Shown here piece after piece: positions 35,644 through 37,779 of a DNA stretch of 37,779 nt. The DNA is taken from positions 1-37,779 of the forward strand of contig CAKSGP010000001.1 in the NCBI GenBank assembly GCA_934454745.1, read 5' to 3'. The position numbers were made by a program, and so were the translations under genes. The stretch's first letter is position 1. The number at the start of each line of letters is the position of its first letter. Source of the DNA: an uncultured Clostridia bacterium (GTDB taxonomy: Bacteria; Bacillota; Clostridia; UBA1381). The notes below the pieces were generated by a model. That model did no database searches and had not been told where the DNA came from. It saw only the letters and a list, made by a program, of their open reading frames with translations.

Positions 35644-36559
35644 TTTTCTTTATTCCTTTCTCTTTCACCGTTTCATTTTTTTTAAATATAAAGGGTCTGA
35701 ACACGAGAAAAACAATTAAGATTACAGCAATTATAAGCAAAAAATATATCCAACTCATTGCCGCCGCCTTTGAAAACTCTATTTTTGTGTTTGCCATGCT
35801 TACTATATACTGAAGAGCACTATTGTTAACATTTGTAAATGTATCAATAATCGTATATATTGTAAGTGCAAATACATACGGTGTGACCGTGGGAAATGTT
35901 ACTTTCCAAAAGGTTTCCCATGCCTTTGCCCCTTCTACCGTTGCTACCTCATAATACGATTGCGGAACACTCAGCAAAGCTATAAGAAATACAAGAATCT
36001 GCACCGCACTGTCCCATACCAAATCAGCCACCGAAGAAACAGTCGTGCTTATAACAGATATCAATCCATCCGGTAAACCGGCTAATGTTAATATTCTTGT
36101 TAGACCGCTTGAATCAAAAAGCGCAACTTCTTCCCCAGCTGTCATTACAACTTCACTTGAATTAAAATTAATAACATTCATAACAAGATCACAGCCGATA
36201 ACAACCGGCAGAAAGAATATTACTCTCATAAACGTTCTTCCGTGAAATTGTTGATTAAGCACAACCGCCGAAAACAAACTGAACAAAATTATAAACGGCA
36301 CCTCATACAAAAGGGTACCCATACTCGTAAGCAAGTGGGTTGTATAATAAGAGTCCTCAGAAATTGCATAATTAAAATTATCGGCAATTCCTTTAAGTGG
36401 GTTCAATACAAAACCGGTGTCCGCAATCTGCATATCCGTGAAAGCCAATTTAACCAACAGCGTAAGCGGCTGCACAAAAAAAATCAAAAAACCGACAATC
36501 CAAGGCAGTATATATATGTATCCCATCAAAGAACGACTTTTCTGATAGTTAAGCTTCAT
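35633..36559 (-). CDS. ABC transporter permease (MalF-type, pair A); first gene of the minus-strand gene train
   Basis: YEVATVEGAKAWETFWKVTFPTVTP EAA loop, 308 aa, RBS AGGGAGG 7 nt upstream of the ATG. Confidence 0.85.
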   Translation of the reverse strand: MKLNYQKSRSLMGYIYILPWIVGFLIFFVQPLTLLVKLAFTDMQIADTGFVLNPLKGIADNFNYAISEDSYYTTHLLTSMGTLLYEVPFIILFSLFSAVVLNQQFHGRTFMRVIFFLPVVIGCDLVMNVINFNSSEVVMTAGEEVALFDSSGLTRILTLAGLPDGLISVISTTVSSVADLVWDSAVQILVFLIALLSVPQSYYEVATVEGAKAWETFWKVTFPTVTPYVFALTIYTIIDTFTNVNNSALQYIVSMANTKIEFSKAAAMSWIYFLLIIAVILIVFLVFRPFIFKKNETVKEKGIKKNGR

Positions 36560-36771
36560 CCCTTATGCCTCCCTGTTATGTCTTTGATAATTATATTTTA
36601 ATACTATTTATAGATACTGAATAGATTAAATTTTTTAAAAACGCTCGGAAATACTATAATTTTTTAAGATTTTTGTTTTTTATATCATAAAGATATTTTA
36701 TATCAATAAAAAATTAGTCAATTTTGGCAATTGAAACTTCCTGTTTTCAATACTTTTATTGTAAATTCGGC

Positions 36772-36800
36772 TTGAATTTAATGCTTTTTTATGATATATT
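36772..36800 (+). promoter_or_regulatory. Candidate sigma-70 promoter of the AraC-family gene
   Basis: TTGAAT (36772-36777), a 17-nt spacer, then TATATT (36795-36800), in the 276-bp AT-rich divergent intergenic region. Confidence 0.35.
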
Positions 36801-36835
36801 AAAAAAGAGTTTAAAATTTTAAAATTGGTGACAAT

Positions 36836-37672
36836 ATGGATAAGAAAAACTTTGAAAAAAAAATAGCAATAGAAATAGAGCCTTCTATTTTTGACTACAC
36901 TCGTGAAATTGCAAGCAGCATGGATTATATTCATTTCCACAACACTTATGAAATTTATTTTCTTACCGAGGGGAAACGGCACTATCTTGTTGAACATCGG
37001 CTTTTTGAAGTGTCCGCAGGTGATCTTATCGTTATTCCTCCTCGCATAGTACACCGTGCTTTAAATACATTTGATACAACGCCAACCGATTATACCGCAA
37101 GATACCTTCTTTCACCGAAGGAAAGCTATATTCCTAACAATTTAAAAAAAGTCTTTGGAAAATATCATTATAAGCTTTCTGAGGAAGACAAAAAATTTGT
37201 GCTTGAAAACATGAAGGCTATAAAAAAAGAAATTGAAATTTACGATGAATTTTCTTTGCAACTTTATAAAAATCATTTATACTCAATACTTGTAATGCTT
37301 GCCAGAAACTATGCTGACCTTAACAATAAGGAAAACTTTGATAATAGCCGTAAAATAGGAACAGTAATTCAAAATATTATTGATTATATAAGCAAAAATA
37401 TTAAAAATGATATTTCCCTAAGTGAGCTTGCAGAAAGATACGGTTATACAAAAGAGTATTTATCGGCAGAGTTTAAAAAGATTGCCGGCTGCAGATATAA
37501 TGAGTTTTTAAACGCCACCAGAATTGCTACGAGCGCAAAGCTTCTTGTTACAACCGAATACCCCATAAAAACTATTGCGGATATGTGTGGATATAAAAAC
37601 ACTAATTACTTTGCAACGGTATTTAAAAAAGAAATGAACATGTCTCCATCGGAATATCGAAATCAGCTATGA
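36836..37672 (+). CDS. AraC-family transcriptional regulator (cupin-type sensor plus dual HTH)
   Basis: The N-terminal FHNTYEIYFLTEGKRHYLV...AGDLIVIPPRIVHR is an AraC-binding cupin. The C-terminal ISLSELAERYGYTKEYLSAEFKK...IADMCGYKNTNYFATVFKKEMNMSPSEYR is an HTH_18. It is divergent to the 32-kb gene train. Confidence 0.9.
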   Translation: MDKKNFEKKIAIEIEPSIFDYTREIASSMDYIHFHNTYEIYFLTEGKRHYLVEHRLFEVSAGDLIVIPPRIVHRALNTFDTTPTDYTARYLLSPKESYIPNNLKKVFGKYHYKLSEEDKKFVLENMKAIKKEIEIYDEFSLQLYKNHLYSILVMLARNYADLNNKENFDNSRKIGTVIQNIIDYISKNIKNDISLSELAERYGYTKEYLSAEFKKIAGCRYNEFLNATRIATSAKLLVTTEYPIKTIADMCGYKNTNYFATVFKKEMNMSPSEYRNQL

Positions 37673-37702
37673 GCTTAAGCGTCTATTAACTGTAGGATAG
37701 TA

Positions 37703-37779
37703 GAGTCTTCTTTAGATATTGTGTAAACCTCCGAGATGGTATAAAATAGAAATATCAAATTGGAGGTTATTATTATGCC
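37703..37779 (+). mobile_element. Inward-facing terminus of a second, inverted copy of the same IS256-family-like element; its transposase ATG at 37775-37777 reads out of the window
   Basis: 37703-37778 is the reverse complement of 1-76. It reads GAGTCTTCTTTAGATATTGTGTAAAC (terminal repeat), TGgTATAAA (-10-like, 37737-37745), GGAGG (37762-37766), 8 nt, then ATG. Confidence 0.6.

Noticed and set aside
36730-36751. 7-bp inverted repeat ATTGAAA-N8-TTTCAAT in the divergent control region as an AraC operator
   Set aside because: It is short and AT-rich within an AT-rich region, so it is expected by chance. AraC-family proteins usually bind direct-repeat half-sites. There is no supporting second site.
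36698-37054. 118-aa minus-strand ORF spanning the divergent promoter region and the AraC gene start
   Set aside because: It consists of AT-rich intergenic sequence translated into Asn/Lys/Phe/Ile-rich low complexity. It overlaps the well-supported AraC CDS on the opposite strand.
1-37779. Interpretation of the terminal inverted repeats as hairpin telomeres, a palindromic assembly artefact or a phage cos/ITR structure
   Set aside because: The repeat contains a promoter-like box, an RBS and a start codon reading outward. This fits duplicated gene 5' ends (IS copies) rather than telomere or packaging repeats. No phage structural or replication genes are present. Contig-end k-mer collapse remains a caveat and is noted in the findings.
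1-37779. Search by eye for CRISPR arrays, tRNA/rRNA genes, integrase/recombinase genes or classical defence genes (restriction-modification, Cas, Abi)
   Set aside because: No regularly spaced short direct repeats, no cloverleaf-like or rRNA-like segments, and no ORF with recombinase, nuclease or methylase motifs were found. The only defence- or addiction-flavoured genes are at 100-2190.

Overview
The window is a 37.8-kb, low-GC accessory segment that looks like Bacillota/Clostridia. That assignment rests on AGGAGG-type RBSs, lipoboxes, a dockerin-like tail and CUT1 ABC genes. All calls come from reading the sequence and ORF track by eye; no searches were run, and family names rest on remembered motifs.

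(1) The two window ends form a perfect 76-bp inverted repeat (1-76 versus 37703-37778). Each end carries an IS256-like terminal sequence, a promoter-like element, an RBS and an ATG that reads out of the window. The whole segment therefore sits between two inverted copies of one insertion sequence. This is composite-transposon or invertible-segment geometry. The caveat is that the 76/77-nt length could reflect contig-end k-mer collapse.

(2) Positions 77-2250 hold a small addiction-type island. It contains a DUF4926-like small protein translationally coupled to a toxin candidate with a MuF zinc motif and a DUF6883-like C-terminus. A class-II Fic (HPFADGNGRVGR) protein with its own promoter follows.

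(3) Positions 2224-4030 are a rearrangement scar. It holds a ~0.95-kb diverged direct duplicate of the eamA-type transporter gene plus the first ~40 nt of its neighbouring PIG-L gene. The duplicate transporter is frameshifted in an A7/A8 tract. The scar also holds a strong promoter driving a degenerate IS1/IS1595-type zinc-ribbon ORF, and a PfkB kinase gene cut to 69 codons.

(4) Positions 4030-36559 form one ~32.5-kb co-directional minus-strand gene train of 21 intact genes plus 2 fragments, with tiny or overlapping junctions:
- two CUT1 permease pairs;
- an 890-aa CBM-extended solute-binding protein and a 505-aa lipoprotein solute-binding protein;
- an NHL/TPR membrane protein, a Yip1-type membrane protein and a 724-aa secreted protein of unknown function;
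- two giant surface proteins (980 aa with a dockerin-like tail; 2096 aa with a TM anchor) that together carry 12 copies of an unrecognised module with the signature P-A-G-F-E/K-G-W-V/I-R-I-P;
- a lipoprotein glycosidase-like protein, a GH4, and a GH63/GH37-like hydrolase;
- an amino-sugar cassette (SDR, EamA, two PIG-L deacetylases, Gfo/Idh/MocA, cupin, NagB-like).

(5) A divergent AraC-family regulator lies at 36836-37672.

No rRNA, tRNA or CRISPR array was seen.
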